Source: Actinomycetota bacterium (GTDB lineage: Bacteria; Actinomycetota; UBA4738; HRBIN12). Taken from it: 64,000 nucleotides of DNA. Of the stretch, positions 28,590-37,158 are shown piece by piece. Numbering within the stretch: the stretch's first letter is position 1; every line of letters starts with the position of its first letter. Under the pieces are notes generated by a model, which was given only the letters and a program-made list of their open reading frames with translations, made no database searches and was not told the DNA's origin. The stretch lies in contig DATEBA010000052.1 of the NCBI GenBank assembly GCA_035288045.1, positions 3,788 through 67,787 of the forward strand. Direction: 5' to 3'. The translations under genes and the position numbers were made by a program.

Positions 28590-28871
28590 TCACCCGTGGC
28601 GCACGCTCCGCTCGCTGGATCCGGGAGGCCGCAGTATCAGCCGATCGTGAGGCTCCTCGACGTCGACGATCCCCTCTATCCCCCGCTCAACCAGCAGCTG
28701 GAAGCCTGCGTGACTGACGAGCTCGTCCTCCTCGGACCGTTCGTCGGTGAGCGCGAAGACGAAGCCGCCCTCGCCGCGCGAAAGCCGAACGGTAGCCTCG
28801 GGGTTGAAGCGGCGCGCGGCCTCATGGGTGCGGGAAAGGATCTCAACGGCCCAGTCCGTGAACCCGATCAC
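28590..28871 (-). CDS. HesB/IscA-fold small protein lacking the conserved cluster-ligand cysteines
   Basis: 'IGFTDWAVEIL...VRLSRGEGGFVFALTDE...DELVSHAGFQLLVERG' aligns to the HesB repeat but has no Cys. The N-terminal Cys/Ser/Arg-rich part of ORF 28590..29117 is judged spurious, so a GTG start is placed at 28871. Confidence 0.45.
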   Translation of the reverse strand: MIGFTDWAVEILSRTHEAARRFNPEATVRLSRGEGGFVFALTDERSEEDELVSHAGFQLLVERGIEGIVDVEEPHDRLILRPPGSSERSVRHG

Positions 28872-28932
28872 GGAGCGATGGTAGAACGAACCGGGCTGGC
28901 GTTCGCCCGGTCCCCTTCCGGAGGCCGCACTT

Positions 28933-29172
28933 CTACTCCCGCGCGCCGGCCTGCGGGCGAAGCGACCATGAGAACCGCGGGAGCCCGTTGCGACGGATGT
29001 CGACAAGGGCGAACACACCGAACAAGATCGCCGCTCCTCCCGCGAACAGTACGTGGAAAAGGTGGTGTCCGAACGCCGTCCCGAACCGGTCGAGCAGCAC
29101 GTGGCCTGCCTCTCCAAGCGCGACCAGCGCGCCGCCGACAGCCCCCAGCCGCGCCAGCCGCTTGAGCGTCAC
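28933..29172 (-). CDS. Possible small membrane protein (79 aa, two transmembrane helices)
   Basis: The ORF has a GTG start. It has hydrophobic, His-containing segments 'LARLGAVGGALVALGEAGHVLL' and 'HLFHVLFAGGAAILFGVFALV', and lies between two real minus-strand genes. Confidence 0.3.
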   Translation of the reverse strand: MTLKRLARLGAVGGALVALGEAGHVLLDRFGTAFGHHLFHVLFAGGAAILFGVFALVDIRRNGLPRFSWSLRPQAGARE

Positions 29173-29175
29173 CCC

Positions 29176-29580
29176 CTAGGCCGTGGACTCCGTCACCGAT
29201 CGGGAGCCGAAGCCGGCGTAGAGAGCGACGACGGCCGAGAAGAGATGAACGACGTTGTAGAAGTCCGGGATGTCGCCCTCGTACCCCAGGACGTCGCCGA
29301 ACGACCCCGGGCTGCCGAGCCCCCACGCCGAGAGGACCAGGAAGATCACCCCGATGAACCTCGCGACGGTCTTCGCGGTCGCCTCGCTTCCGAAGAAAGA
29401 CGCGAGCACGATCACGCCGATGGCCCAATGCACGGCGTTCTGGATGGGAGTGAACTCGAAGATCGGATCCAGGCCGTCCTTGCCCGCGATGACCTCGATC
29501 AGCGCGACCGCCAGATAAGCGATCCCGAACAGGAGCGCGTAGAAGCGAGCGACCCCGTACTTGCCGTACGCACCAGCCAT
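29176..29580 (-). CDS. Small integral membrane protein (DUF4383-like, 4 transmembrane helices)
   Basis: The start is trimmed to the ATG 'MAGAYGKYGVARFYALLFGIAYL'. The composition is Tyr/Phe/Ile-rich and non-Arg, with four hydrophobic helices. Confidence 0.6.
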   Translation of the reverse strand: MAGAYGKYGVARFYALLFGIAYLAVALIEVIAGKDGLDPIFEFTPIQNAVHWAIGVIVLASFFGSEATAKTVARFIGVIFLVLSAWGLGSPGSFGDVLGYEGDIPDFYNVVHLFSAVVALYAGFGSRSVTESTA

Positions 29581-29706
29581 TGTCTCCCTCCGTCTCGTCG
29601 GGGCCTCAGCCATGGTGCCATTCGCGCCCCCGGCGCTGTGGGATTTCCCTCTCGGCCGAAGTCGTCGCGTAACCTCTCAAGCCCGTAGACCGGTTACACT
29701 CTGGCT

Positions 29707-30624
29707 ATGCCGACGGAGGAGTTCGCCCTTGCCGGCGCCAGAGGTGAGCCGGTGGATCTGTGGCGAACGCTCGCGTCCCACGGGTTCGCCGAGCTTCCAC
29801 CGATGCGTCTGGACGAGGAGGCCAGGACGCTCGAGACGACCCTCCCGCTTGCCCGTGGGCGCCCCCGGACGGTGAGGATCGGCACGGGGCCCAACGGTGC
29901 CGGCAGGATCCAGGTCCTCGGGCCGGTGCCGAGTCAGGCGAGCCTCGCTCTCGTGCGATCGGGGGTGCTGCACGTCCTGCGTATGGACGAGGACCTCTCC
30001 GGCTTCTACTCGGCGACGGCCGGCGACCCCGACCTCGCGTGGATCTCTCGAGGCGCTGGGAGGATGCTACGAAGCCCGACGGTCTTCGAGGACGTCGTGA
30101 AGACGATCTGCACGACGAACTGCGCGTGGTCGGCCACGGAGCGGATGGTCGGCGCCATCGTCGAGCACCTGGGCGAGAGGGCGCCCGCAGCACCGCTCGA
30201 CGGCCCCTGGGGCCGCGCGTTCCCCTCGCCCGCGACGATGGCGCAGGCGCCGGAGTCCTTCTACAGGGAGGTCGCGCGGGCCGGCTACCGCGGGGCATAT
30301 CTGATCGCCCTGGCCCGGTCGGTCGCCGACGGCGAGGTGGACCTCGAGGCGCTGGCAGCGGACCGGGAGCTTCCCGACGATGAGGTCGAGCGTCGGCTGC
30401 TCGCGCTCCCCGGCGTGGGCCCCTACGCGGCCGCTCACGTGATGACGACCATCGGACGCTACTCGCGACTGATCCTCGACTCGTGGACGCGCCCAAAGTA
30501 CGCACGCCTCGTCGGGAAGAAGCACGTGGCCGACCGCACGATGGAGCGCCGGTTCCGCCGCTACGGTGCCTACGCCGGGCTCGCTTTCTGGCTGTTCCTC
30601 ACCCGGGACTGGGTGGACGACTGA
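29707..30624 (+). CDS. DNA-3-methyladenine glycosylase II family (AlkA-like HhH-GPD base-excision glycosylase)
   Basis: The HhH-GPD motif is 'LLALPGVGPYAAAHV' with the catalytic Asp in 'LDSWTRP'. An N-terminal AlkA_N-like domain is present. Confidence 0.75.
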   Translation: MPTEEFALAGARGEPVDLWRTLASHGFAELPPMRLDEEARTLETTLPLARGRPRTVRIGTGPNGAGRIQVLGPVPSQASLALVRSGVLHVLRMDEDLSGFYSATAGDPDLAWISRGAGRMLRSPTVFEDVVKTICTTNCAWSATERMVGAIVEHLGERAPAAPLDGPWGRAFPSPATMAQAPESFYREVARAGYRGAYLIALARSVADGEVDLEALAADRELPDDEVERRLLALPGVGPYAAAHVMTTIGRYSRLILDSWTRPKYARLVGKKHVADRTMERRFRRYGAYAGLAFWLFLTRDWVDD

Positions 30625-30714
30625 GGGGTTGTCCCGCAGGCGATCCCGGGCGCATACTGCCCGGGGCCCCGCGGCCACCCGAACCGGAATCCAGATGGAA
30701 GCGATGAACCCGTT

Positions 30715-31950
30715 ATGGCGTTCCCACGTCGCGCCCGGCGCCTATGGGCGTACTGGCGGGCGGAGCAGCGCACGCTCCGCCAGGGCTTCGTCGCGCTCCT
30801 GCTCGGCACGGTAGCCGCCCTCGTAGCCGGGGTCGCGCTCGCCTCAATCACCCACACGCTCCAGGAGCTTCCCGGCCTGTTCATCCTCATCCCCGCCGCG
30901 ATCGGGATGCGCGGCACGGTCTTCGGCGCCATAGGGGCGCGGCTCGGTACGAGCACCCACGCCGGCCTCTTCGAGGTTACACGCGAGCGGACCGGGGTCC
31001 TGTACCAGAACGCCTACGTGGGGATCGTCCTCACGCTCTCGGCTTCGCTGTACCTCGCGCTTCTCGCGAAGGGATCGGCCGCGATCTTCGGCCTCGACTC
31101 GATCGATCTCCTCGACCTCGTCACGATCTCGGTGGTCGGTGGCGCACTGGACTCCGCCGTGATCCTCTGCGTGACGATCGGGCTCTCGGTCCTCTCCTAT
31201 CGCCGCGGCTACGACCTCGACGCGGTCGCGACGCCCCTCATCACGGCGGTGGCGGACATGATCACGATCCCGATGCTCTTCGTCGCGACGTTCCTCGTCC
31301 GCGTCCACTGGCTGTCGACCGGCATCGCGGTCGTTGCGATCTTCGTCTGCATCGAGGCGGCGTACCGTGGGCTTACGAGCGATCTCCCACTCGCGCGTCG
31401 TGCGATCGTCGAGATGGTGGGCGTCGTGCTCCTAACGCCGCTGCTCGACATCCTCGCGGGCACCGTCCTCGAGACGCGGCTCTCCCGATTCGAGACGTTC
31501 CCCGGCCTGTTGGTGCTCGTGCCGCCGTTCGTCGCCAACGCGGGTGCGATCGGCGGCGTACTGTCGTCGCGGCTCTCCTCGAAGCTTCAGCTCGGACTGA
31601 TCACGCCGCGCGGTATGCCGGAGCCGCCGGCTCTCCTCGACGGGTCGCTCAGCGTGGGCTTCGGGGTGTTCGCCTTCGCCTCGATCGGAGCGCTCGGCCT
31701 CGGATACAGCGCCCTCGCGGGCGCCGCCCACCCCGGCCCCGACGTGATGGTCTGGGGCACGCTTCTCGCCGGCATGGTGGCGACCGCCCTGGCGATCGTG
31801 GTCGCCTACTACGTGGCCGTTGCCACGGCTCGGTTCGGGCTGGACCCCGACAACCACGGCGTCCCGATCATCACCAGCGTCATGGACCTGGCGGGAGTGG
31901 CCGCCCTGCTGTTCGTTCTGTCACTATTCGGAGTATCCGCTCATGGATGA
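30715..31950 (+). CDS. MgtE-family divalent-cation transporter made of a tandem pair of MgtE transmembrane domains with no N-terminal MgtE_N/CBS domains
   Basis: There are two repeats of the MgtE transmembrane-domain signature. One has 'PGLFILIPAAIGMRGTVFGAIGARL' and the other has 'PGLLVLVPPFVANAGAIGGVLSSRL' and 'GLDPDNHGVPIITSVMDLAGV'. Confidence 0.7.
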   Translation: MAFPRRARRLWAYWRAEQRTLRQGFVALLLGTVAALVAGVALASITHTLQELPGLFILIPAAIGMRGTVFGAIGARLGTSTHAGLFEVTRERTGVLYQNAYVGIVLTLSASLYLALLAKGSAAIFGLDSIDLLDLVTISVVGGALDSAVILCVTIGLSVLSYRRGYDLDAVATPLITAVADMITIPMLFVATFLVRVHWLSTGIAVVAIFVCIEAAYRGLTSDLPLARRAIVEMVGVVLLTPLLDILAGTVLETRLSRFETFPGLLVLVPPFVANAGAIGGVLSSRLSSKLQLGLITPRGMPEPPALLDGSLSVGFGVFAFASIGALGLGYSALAGAAHPGPDVMVWGTLLAGMVATALAIVVAYYVAVATARFGLDPDNHGVPIITSVMDLAGVAALLFVLSLFGVSAHG

Positions 31951-33142
31951 CCGACCCAAGAACGTCAAGGAACTGCTGGTGGAGGCCAAGGACGCCTCCG
32001 AGCTGATGGTCGACCTGGCCTACGCGGCGGTCTTCTTCAACGACGAGGATCTCGCCCGCGAAGCCGAGAAGCTGGAGGAGCGCATGGACGGCTACCTCCG
32101 CCGCCTGCGAGAGGTCGCCATGCTCGCCGCTCGGAGCCCCGAGGACGCCGAGGGGATGGCCGGGGTGCTCTGGATCGCGTCGGCGATCGAGAAGATCGGC
32201 GACGCCGCGTCCGACATAGCCCGGGTCGTGCAGGCGCGCCTTGGCATCCCCGACGCCCTGCGACCGGACCTCCGCCACGCCGACGAGATCTCCGGGCGCG
32301 TCAAGGTACGCGAGGGCGCGCCGGCCGTGGGGCGCTCGCTCCGCGAGCTCTCCCTTCCGACCGAGACCGGGATGTGGCTGATGGCTATCCGCCGCGGCGG
32401 CGACTGGGAGCTGGACCCGGGTCCCGAGAGCGTCGTCACCGAGGGCGACGTCCTGCTGTTCCAGGGGCCGGAGGAGGGCGTCAACCTGATCCGCGATTTG
32501 GCGTCGGCGCCGCCCTTGACGGTCGGCCCGGAGTCCGAGGGGCCACCCCTTTCCGAGCTCGACCGAGCCGTAGACATCCTCGTCGAGATGAAGAACTCGT
32601 CGGAGGCGGCGGTCGGACTCGCGTACTCCTCGCTCCTCTTCCGCGATCGGGCTCTGGCCGCGGAGGTCGCGACGCTCGAGGCGCGGAGCGACATCCTCCA
32701 GGACGAGCTCGAATCCTGGGTGCTGCGGGCAACGCCGGAGTCGCGGAACCCCGACGAGCTCCGCGGGCTGCTCCGGCTCGCGAGCGCGACCGAGTCGATC
32801 TGCGACGCGGCTCGCGACATGACCTGGTACGTCGAGCACGGTGAGGAGCTTCATCCGGTGGTGCAGGTGGCTCTGGAGGAGACCGAGGAGACCGCTTCGG
32901 AGGCGATCGTCGATGAGGGCTCGCACGCGGACGGCCGGTCCTTGAAGGAGCTCTCCATCGAGACCGAGACCGGCATGTTCCTGCTCGCGGTGCAGCGCGG
33001 CCAGAGATGGGTCTATCGTCCGCGGCCGAAGTTCGTACTCCGAAGCGGCGACCGCGTCATCTCGGTCGGACCCGAGGACGGGGCCGAGGAGCTCGGCGCG
33101 CTCTTCCGCGCGCCCGAGTCCGTCGCGGCCGTGGAGCCCTAG
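31943..33142 (+). CDS. Cytoplasmic regulatory protein with two PhoU-like domains, each followed by a TrkA_C (RCK_C) domain
   Basis: The start is trimmed to 'MDDRPKNVKELL', which overlaps the MgtE-like stop as ATGA. There are two repeats of a PhoU-like helical bundle. Each is followed by a TrkA_C-like beta domain, 'VKVREGAPAVGRSLRELSL...' and 'EAIVDEGSHADGRSLKELSI...'. Confidence 0.7.
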   Translation: MDDRPKNVKELLVEAKDASELMVDLAYAAVFFNDEDLAREAEKLEERMDGYLRRLREVAMLAARSPEDAEGMAGVLWIASAIEKIGDAASDIARVVQARLGIPDALRPDLRHADEISGRVKVREGAPAVGRSLRELSLPTETGMWLMAIRRGGDWELDPGPESVVTEGDVLLFQGPEEGVNLIRDLASAPPLTVGPESEGPPLSELDRAVDILVEMKNSSEAAVGLAYSSLLFRDRALAAEVATLEARSDILQDELESWVLRATPESRNPDELRGLLRLASATESICDAARDMTWYVEHGEELHPVVQVALEETEETASEAIVDEGSHADGRSLKELSIETETGMFLLAVQRGQRWVYRPRPKFVLRSGDRVISVGPEDGAEELGALFRAPESVAAVEP

Positions 33143-33171
33143 CCACCCGTCGGACCAGACCCGAAGGAGCA

Positions 33172-34113
33172 TCATATCGCCGCGCGAGAGCGCGCGGGCG
33201 AGAAGCGGACGTTCTCCTCGTGGAGGCGGACCTCCTCGACCTCGGCGAAGCCGCGCCCCGCCAGGAACGCGATCATCCGTTCGACCAACCGCTCGGGGGC
33301 CGACGCGCCGCTCGTTAGCCCCACCGTCTCGGCGCCCTCCAGCCAAGCGGGGTCGACCTCCGTCTCGTCGTCGACCAGATACGCACGCGCTCCCTGCGCG
33401 CGTGAGACCTCGGCCAGCCGGTTCGAGTTGGAAGAGTTCCTGGAGCCGATCACGAGGACGACGTCGGACCGGCGCGCGACCTCGTTCACGGAGTCCTGAC
33501 GGTTCTGGGTCGCGTAACAGATGTCTTCGCGAGGAGGCCCCCTGAGCTCGGGGAACCTCTCCGCCAGCACGTCGACGATGCGCTGCGTATCGTCCACGGC
33601 GAGCGTCGTCTGGGTCAGATAGGACAGGCGCGACGAGTCGGGCACCTCGACCGCCCGTGCCTCCTCGACGGTCTGCACGAGGATCGTCCGGGCGGGCGCC
33701 TGACCGGTGGTTCCGATCACCTCCTCGTGACCCGCGTGGCCGATCAGGAGGATCGTCCGGTCGTCCCCCGCGAAGCGTCGGGCCTCCAGGTGCACCTTCG
33801 TCACGAGCGGGCACGTCGCGTCGATCATCGTGAGACGACGCTCGCGCGCGTTCGCATACACCTCGGGCGGCGAGCCGTGAGCCGAGAGCACGAGGACGGC
33901 CCCCTCGGGCGCCTCGGTCTCCTCCTCAACGAAGACGGCTCCCTTGGCCTCGAGGTCTCGAACGACGTGTGCGTTGTGGACGATCTGTTTCCGCACGTAT
34001 ACGGGCGGTCCGTGGTCCACAAGGGCGCTCTCGACCGCGTCCACGGCCCGCTCCACGCCGGCGCAGTAGCCGCGCGGTGCTGCGAGCAACACCTTCCCTC
34101 CCATCGACCCCAT
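33172..34113 (-). CDS. ispH: 4-hydroxy-3-methylbut-2-enyl diphosphate reductase (IspH/LytB)
   Basis: Has the three cluster-ligand cysteines 'YCAGVERAV', 'IDATCPLVTKVH' and 'ICYATQNRQ', at 313 aa. Confidence 0.9.
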   Translation of the reverse strand: MGSMGGKVLLAAPRGYCAGVERAVDAVESALVDHGPPVYVRKQIVHNAHVVRDLEAKGAVFVEEETEAPEGAVLVLSAHGSPPEVYANARERRLTMIDATCPLVTKVHLEARRFAGDDRTILLIGHAGHEEVIGTTGQAPARTILVQTVEEARAVEVPDSSRLSYLTQTTLAVDDTQRIVDVLAERFPELRGPPREDICYATQNRQDSVNEVARRSDVVLVIGSRNSSNSNRLAEVSRAQGARAYLVDDETEVDPAWLEGAETVGLTSGASAPERLVERMIAFLAGRGFAEVEEVRLHEENVRFSPARSRAAI

Positions 34114-34239
34114 GGTACCGGGGTGACCAGGGGTCAGGTTCCGGGTTGTTGCCGCGCGGAGCGACCGTTAGGGTTGCCGGGCTCGTCCGGACGGTCCGTC
34201 CGATCCTCCCAACCTCCACGCGCGCGATCCTGCACGCCC

Positions 34240-34400
34240 GCCTGGGTGGCGTACGTACGCGGTCGGGAGCCTAGGGACGGGCCGCCCGGACGAGCGCGGT
34301 CGCACCGAGCCAGAAGGAGGTGATCCAGCACCCACGACCTGCCGCGGGTCGACCGGGCCACGGCCCGGTCGCACGGGCGGAGCCGCCTGCTCCGGCCACC
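34240..34400 (+). ncRNA. Candidate structured 5' leader (possibly a ydaO/kimA-type c-di-AMP riboswitch) upstream of the transglycosylase-like gene
   Basis: A 300-nt non-coding gap lies before a cell-wall hydrolase gene, which is the classic actinobacterial ydaO target class. It contains GUGAUCC, GGGAGCC, ACGGG, CCGCGGG and CCACGGCCCGG elements reminiscent of ydaO conserved blocks. This has not been verified by covariance search. Confidence 0.2.
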
Positions 34401-34418
34401 GCGGGGGTGAAGCTACGT

Positions 34419-34838
34419 ATGCGGCATCACACCAAGATGCGCCTGATGGCGCTCACCATGATTGCGCTGGTCGCGCTGATGCCAGTCGCACCGGCCCGGG
34501 CGCACACCGCCCGACCGGTCGCCGATTGGGTCTGCGACATCCCATGGGCGAAGAGCACATACCAGCTGAGGAGGCTCATCAAGTGCGCCGCGCACCGCTG
34601 GAAGGTTCCCGGCGGCGCGCACAAAGCGCTCCGCGTCGCCCGATGCGAGTCGGGATTCGACCCCCACGCGAAGGGCGGCGGCAACGGCGGAGTATTTCAG
34701 CAGCGCCTCGTCTACTGGCCCGGGCGCGCGAAGCACTACGGCTTCAAGGGCTGGTCTGTCTACAACGGTCGGGCGAACGTGATCGTCTCGATCCGGATGG
34801 CTCACAAGGTCGGCTGGAGCCCCTGGTCCTGCGCCTGA
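34419..34838 (+). CDS. Secreted transglycosylase-like domain protein (Rpf/SLT-like)
   Basis: The signal peptide is 'MRLMALTMIALVALMPVAPARA'. 'ARCESGFDPHAKGGGNGGVFQQ' resembles the catalytic Glu region of the transglycosylase-like domain. The start is trimmed from ORF 34320. Confidence 0.55.
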   Translation: MRHHTKMRLMALTMIALVALMPVAPARAHTARPVADWVCDIPWAKSTYQLRRLIKCAAHRWKVPGGAHKALRVARCESGFDPHAKGGGNGGVFQQRLVYWPGRAKHYGFKGWSVYNGRANVIVSIRMAHKVGWSPWSCA

Positions 34839-34839
34839 T

Positions 34840-35169
34840 CTAACGCACCGCGCCGCCGTGCCGGGGCATCCCGAGCACGGCGGCCCGGACGTCCTCGATC
34901 GAGTCGACGACCACCGTCGCTCCGCCGAGCTCCCGGTCCGCGACGACGCGCATCTCCGGACGCCGTTCGAGCGCTCGCGCGACGAGCCCCTCGAAGGACC
35001 CGAGCACAACGAGCACGTGCGGACGCTCGCTTTCTATCTGCGCGAGAGCCTCCTCCTCGGAAGTCGCCCCCGGCGCGAGCTCCCACTCTGCGGCGCCCGC
35101 GGCCCGCTTCAGTGCGGCGAGCGCGTCCGCGTCTTCGGCCACGCAGAGGACCTTCAGCGCGCGGCACAT
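34840..35169 (-). CDS. Small receiver-like (CheY-fold) protein, apparently lacking the canonical phospho-acceptor Asp
   Basis: The product starts 'MCRALKVLCVAEDAD...' and continues 'PHVLVVLGSFEG'. Its ATG overlaps the corA stop as TGATG. The upstream Arg/Gly-rich part of ORF 34840..35763 is discarded. Confidence 0.4.
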   Translation of the reverse strand: MCRALKVLCVAEDADALAALKRAAGAAEWELAPGATSEEEALAQIESERPHVLVVLGSFEGLVARALERRPEMRVVADRELGGATVVVDSIEDVRAAVLGMPRHGGAVR

Positions 35170-36134
35170 CAAAGCCAGTCCCGCTTCTTGAACGCTATGT
35201 AGAGGGCGCCGGCCGCGACCACCATGAGCCCCAGCGCGAACGGGTACCCCAGGGCCCAGTGCAGCTCGGGGATCCGGTCGAAGTTCATGCCGTAGACGCC
35301 GGCGATCAACGTCGGCACGAGAAGGATCGCCGCCCAGGACGTGAGCTTCTTCATGACCGCGTTCAACCGGTTCGACATCTGGGAAAGCTGCGCCTCGAGC
35401 GACGCCGTCAGGATCTCGCGGATGTTGTCGACGAACTCGATCGCGCGGATCACGTGGTCGGCCACGTCCCGGTAGTACGGCGCGAGCTCGCGCGTAACGA
35501 ACCCTGGCTGCTCCTGCACGAGGTCGAGCACCTCTCGGAGCGGCATGACCAGTCGCCGCAGCTTCACGACTCGCCGCTTCAGGCGGAAGACGTCCTGCTG
35601 CAGCTCGGGATCCGGCTCGTCGGCGAACACCCGGTCCTCCAGGTCGTCCGCCAGGTCCTCGAAACGCTCGACTATCGTGAGGTACCCGTCGACGACCACG
35701 TCCAGGAGCGCGTAGAGGAGGAACCCCCCGCCCTCGGCCGTGAGCTCGGGCTGCTCGTCCCACCGGCTGAGCGTAGGGACAAGATCGAACGCGGGTCGGG
35801 CCCGGATCGTCACCAGGAACCTATGGCCCGCGAAGGCGTGGATCTCGCCGTCGACCAGTTCATCGTCCTCGGCAAGCATCAGACCGTGCACGACGACGAA
35901 GAAGTAGTTAGGGAAGACCTCTACCTTCGGGCGCTGCCGCCAGTGCTTCGAGTCCTCGATCGAGAGCGGGTGCAGGGAGAACTCCTCCGCGATCAACTCG
36001 AGCTCCTCGTCGGTCGGCTCGGCGAGGTCGAGCCAGACGCGCACACCCTCCTCGGTCAGGAGCTCGCTGATCTGAGTGGTGTCGATCTCGCGCTGCTCGA
36101 GGTGTCCGTCGCGGTAGACCCGGCACGTGATCAC
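35169..36134 (-). CDS. corA: Magnesium/cobalt transporter CorA
   Basis: Has the 'YGMNF' (GMN) motif and two C-terminal transmembrane helices, at 321 aa. Confidence 0.9.
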   Translation of the reverse strand: MITCRVYRDGHLEQREIDTTQISELLTEEGVRVWLDLAEPTDEELELIAEEFSLHPLSIEDSKHWRQRPKVEVFPNYFFVVVHGLMLAEDDELVDGEIHAFAGHRFLVTIRARPAFDLVPTLSRWDEQPELTAEGGGFLLYALLDVVVDGYLTIVERFEDLADDLEDRVFADEPDPELQQDVFRLKRRVVKLRRLVMPLREVLDLVQEQPGFVTRELAPYYRDVADHVIRAIEFVDNIREILTASLEAQLSQMSNRLNAVMKKLTSWAAILLVPTLIAGVYGMNFDRIPELHWALGYPFALGLMVVAAGALYIAFKKRDWL

Positions 36135-36159
36135 GGCCGGAGCCTAGCGCACGCCCGGC

Positions 36160-37158
36160 TCAGAAGACGGTCGCGAAGACCTTCTCGAAGACGAAGCCGA
36201 GGACGGCGCAAGAGGGCCAGGTTAGTATCCACGCCGCGACGACCTGGCCGGCGACGCCCCACCGAACGGCCGAGAAACGCCTCGTCGCGCCGACGCCCAT
36301 GATCGAGGTTCCGATCGCGTGCGTCGTCGAGACCGGTATTCCGACGCGGGCCGCGCTCGTTATCACGAGAGCCGCGGCCGTCTCCGCGGCGAAGCCCTGC
36401 ACCGGCTCGAGGTGGGTCATGCGGAGCCCGAGGGTTCGGACCACTCGCCACCCGCCGATCATGGTCCCGATCCCCATCACGATGCCCGCGGAGACGATCA
36501 CCCAAGTGGGGATGTCGAATTCCGGCGACACGGTCCCCGCGGTCCCTGCCTCGTTCAGCAGGATCGCGAGGGTGATGATGCCCATCGTCTTCTGACCGTC
36601 GCCGGTCCCATGCGAGAGCGCCATGAACCCCGCAGACAGGATCTGCGCCTTGCCGAAGATGCGACTCACGATGGAGCGACGCACCCGGGAGAAGAGCCGG
36701 TAGATGAGCACCATGATGATGAGGCCTCCGACGAATCCACCCACGGGCGACGTCACGAGGCCGATCAGGGACTTCTGCGTTCCCTCCCACTCGAGCGCCT
36801 CCAGACCGCCGGCGGCGAAACCGGCGCCGAGGAGTCCGGCGACGAGCGCGTGGGATTCGCTGGACGGCAGCCCGAAGTACTGCGCGCCGAGCGCCCAGAC
36901 GGTCGCACCGAGCAGCGCAGCCGCCACCGTCTCCAGAGTGACGGCGTTCGGGTTCACGATGCCGGCCGCGATCGTCTTGGCTACGGCCGTGCCGATGAAG
37001 AGGGCTCCGGCCACGTTTAGGACCCCGGCCATCACCACCGCCGGCAGAGGCCGGAGCACCTTGGTCGAAACGACGGTCGCGATCGAGTTGGGGGCGTCGG
37101 TCCACCCGTTGGCGAACTCGAAGAGGTAGGCGAGGACGATGACGACCCAGAGGGGCAT
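36160..37158 (-). CDS. Inorganic phosphate transporter, PiT family
   Basis: The PHO4 signature appears as 'FANGWTDAPNSIAT', with a second repeat 'GTGDGQKTMGI'. It has 332 aa and about 10 transmembrane helices. Confidence 0.85.
   Translation of the reverse strand: MPLWVVIVLAYLFEFANGWTDAPNSIATVVSTKVLRPLPAVVMAGVLNVAGALFIGTAVAKTIAAGIVNPNAVTLETVAAALLGATVWALGAQYFGLPSSESHALVAGLLGAGFAAGGLEALEWEGTQKSLIGLVTSPVGGFVGGLIIMVLIYRLFSRVRRSIVSRIFGKAQILSAGFMALSHGTGDGQKTMGIITLAILLNEAGTAGTVSPEFDIPTWVIVSAGIVMGIGTMIGGWRVVRTLGLRMTHLEPVQGFAAETAAALVITSAARVGIPVSTTHAIGTSIMGVGATRRFSAVRWGVAGQVVAAWILTWPSCAVLGFVFEKVFATVF

Noticed and set aside
31880-33814. 644-aa minus-strand ORF antisense to the PhoU-TrkA_C gene and ispH region, and the similar 786-aa ORF at 59222..61582
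   Set aside because: These are Arg/Gly/Pro-rich artifacts. The sense-strand genes have clear domain signatures.
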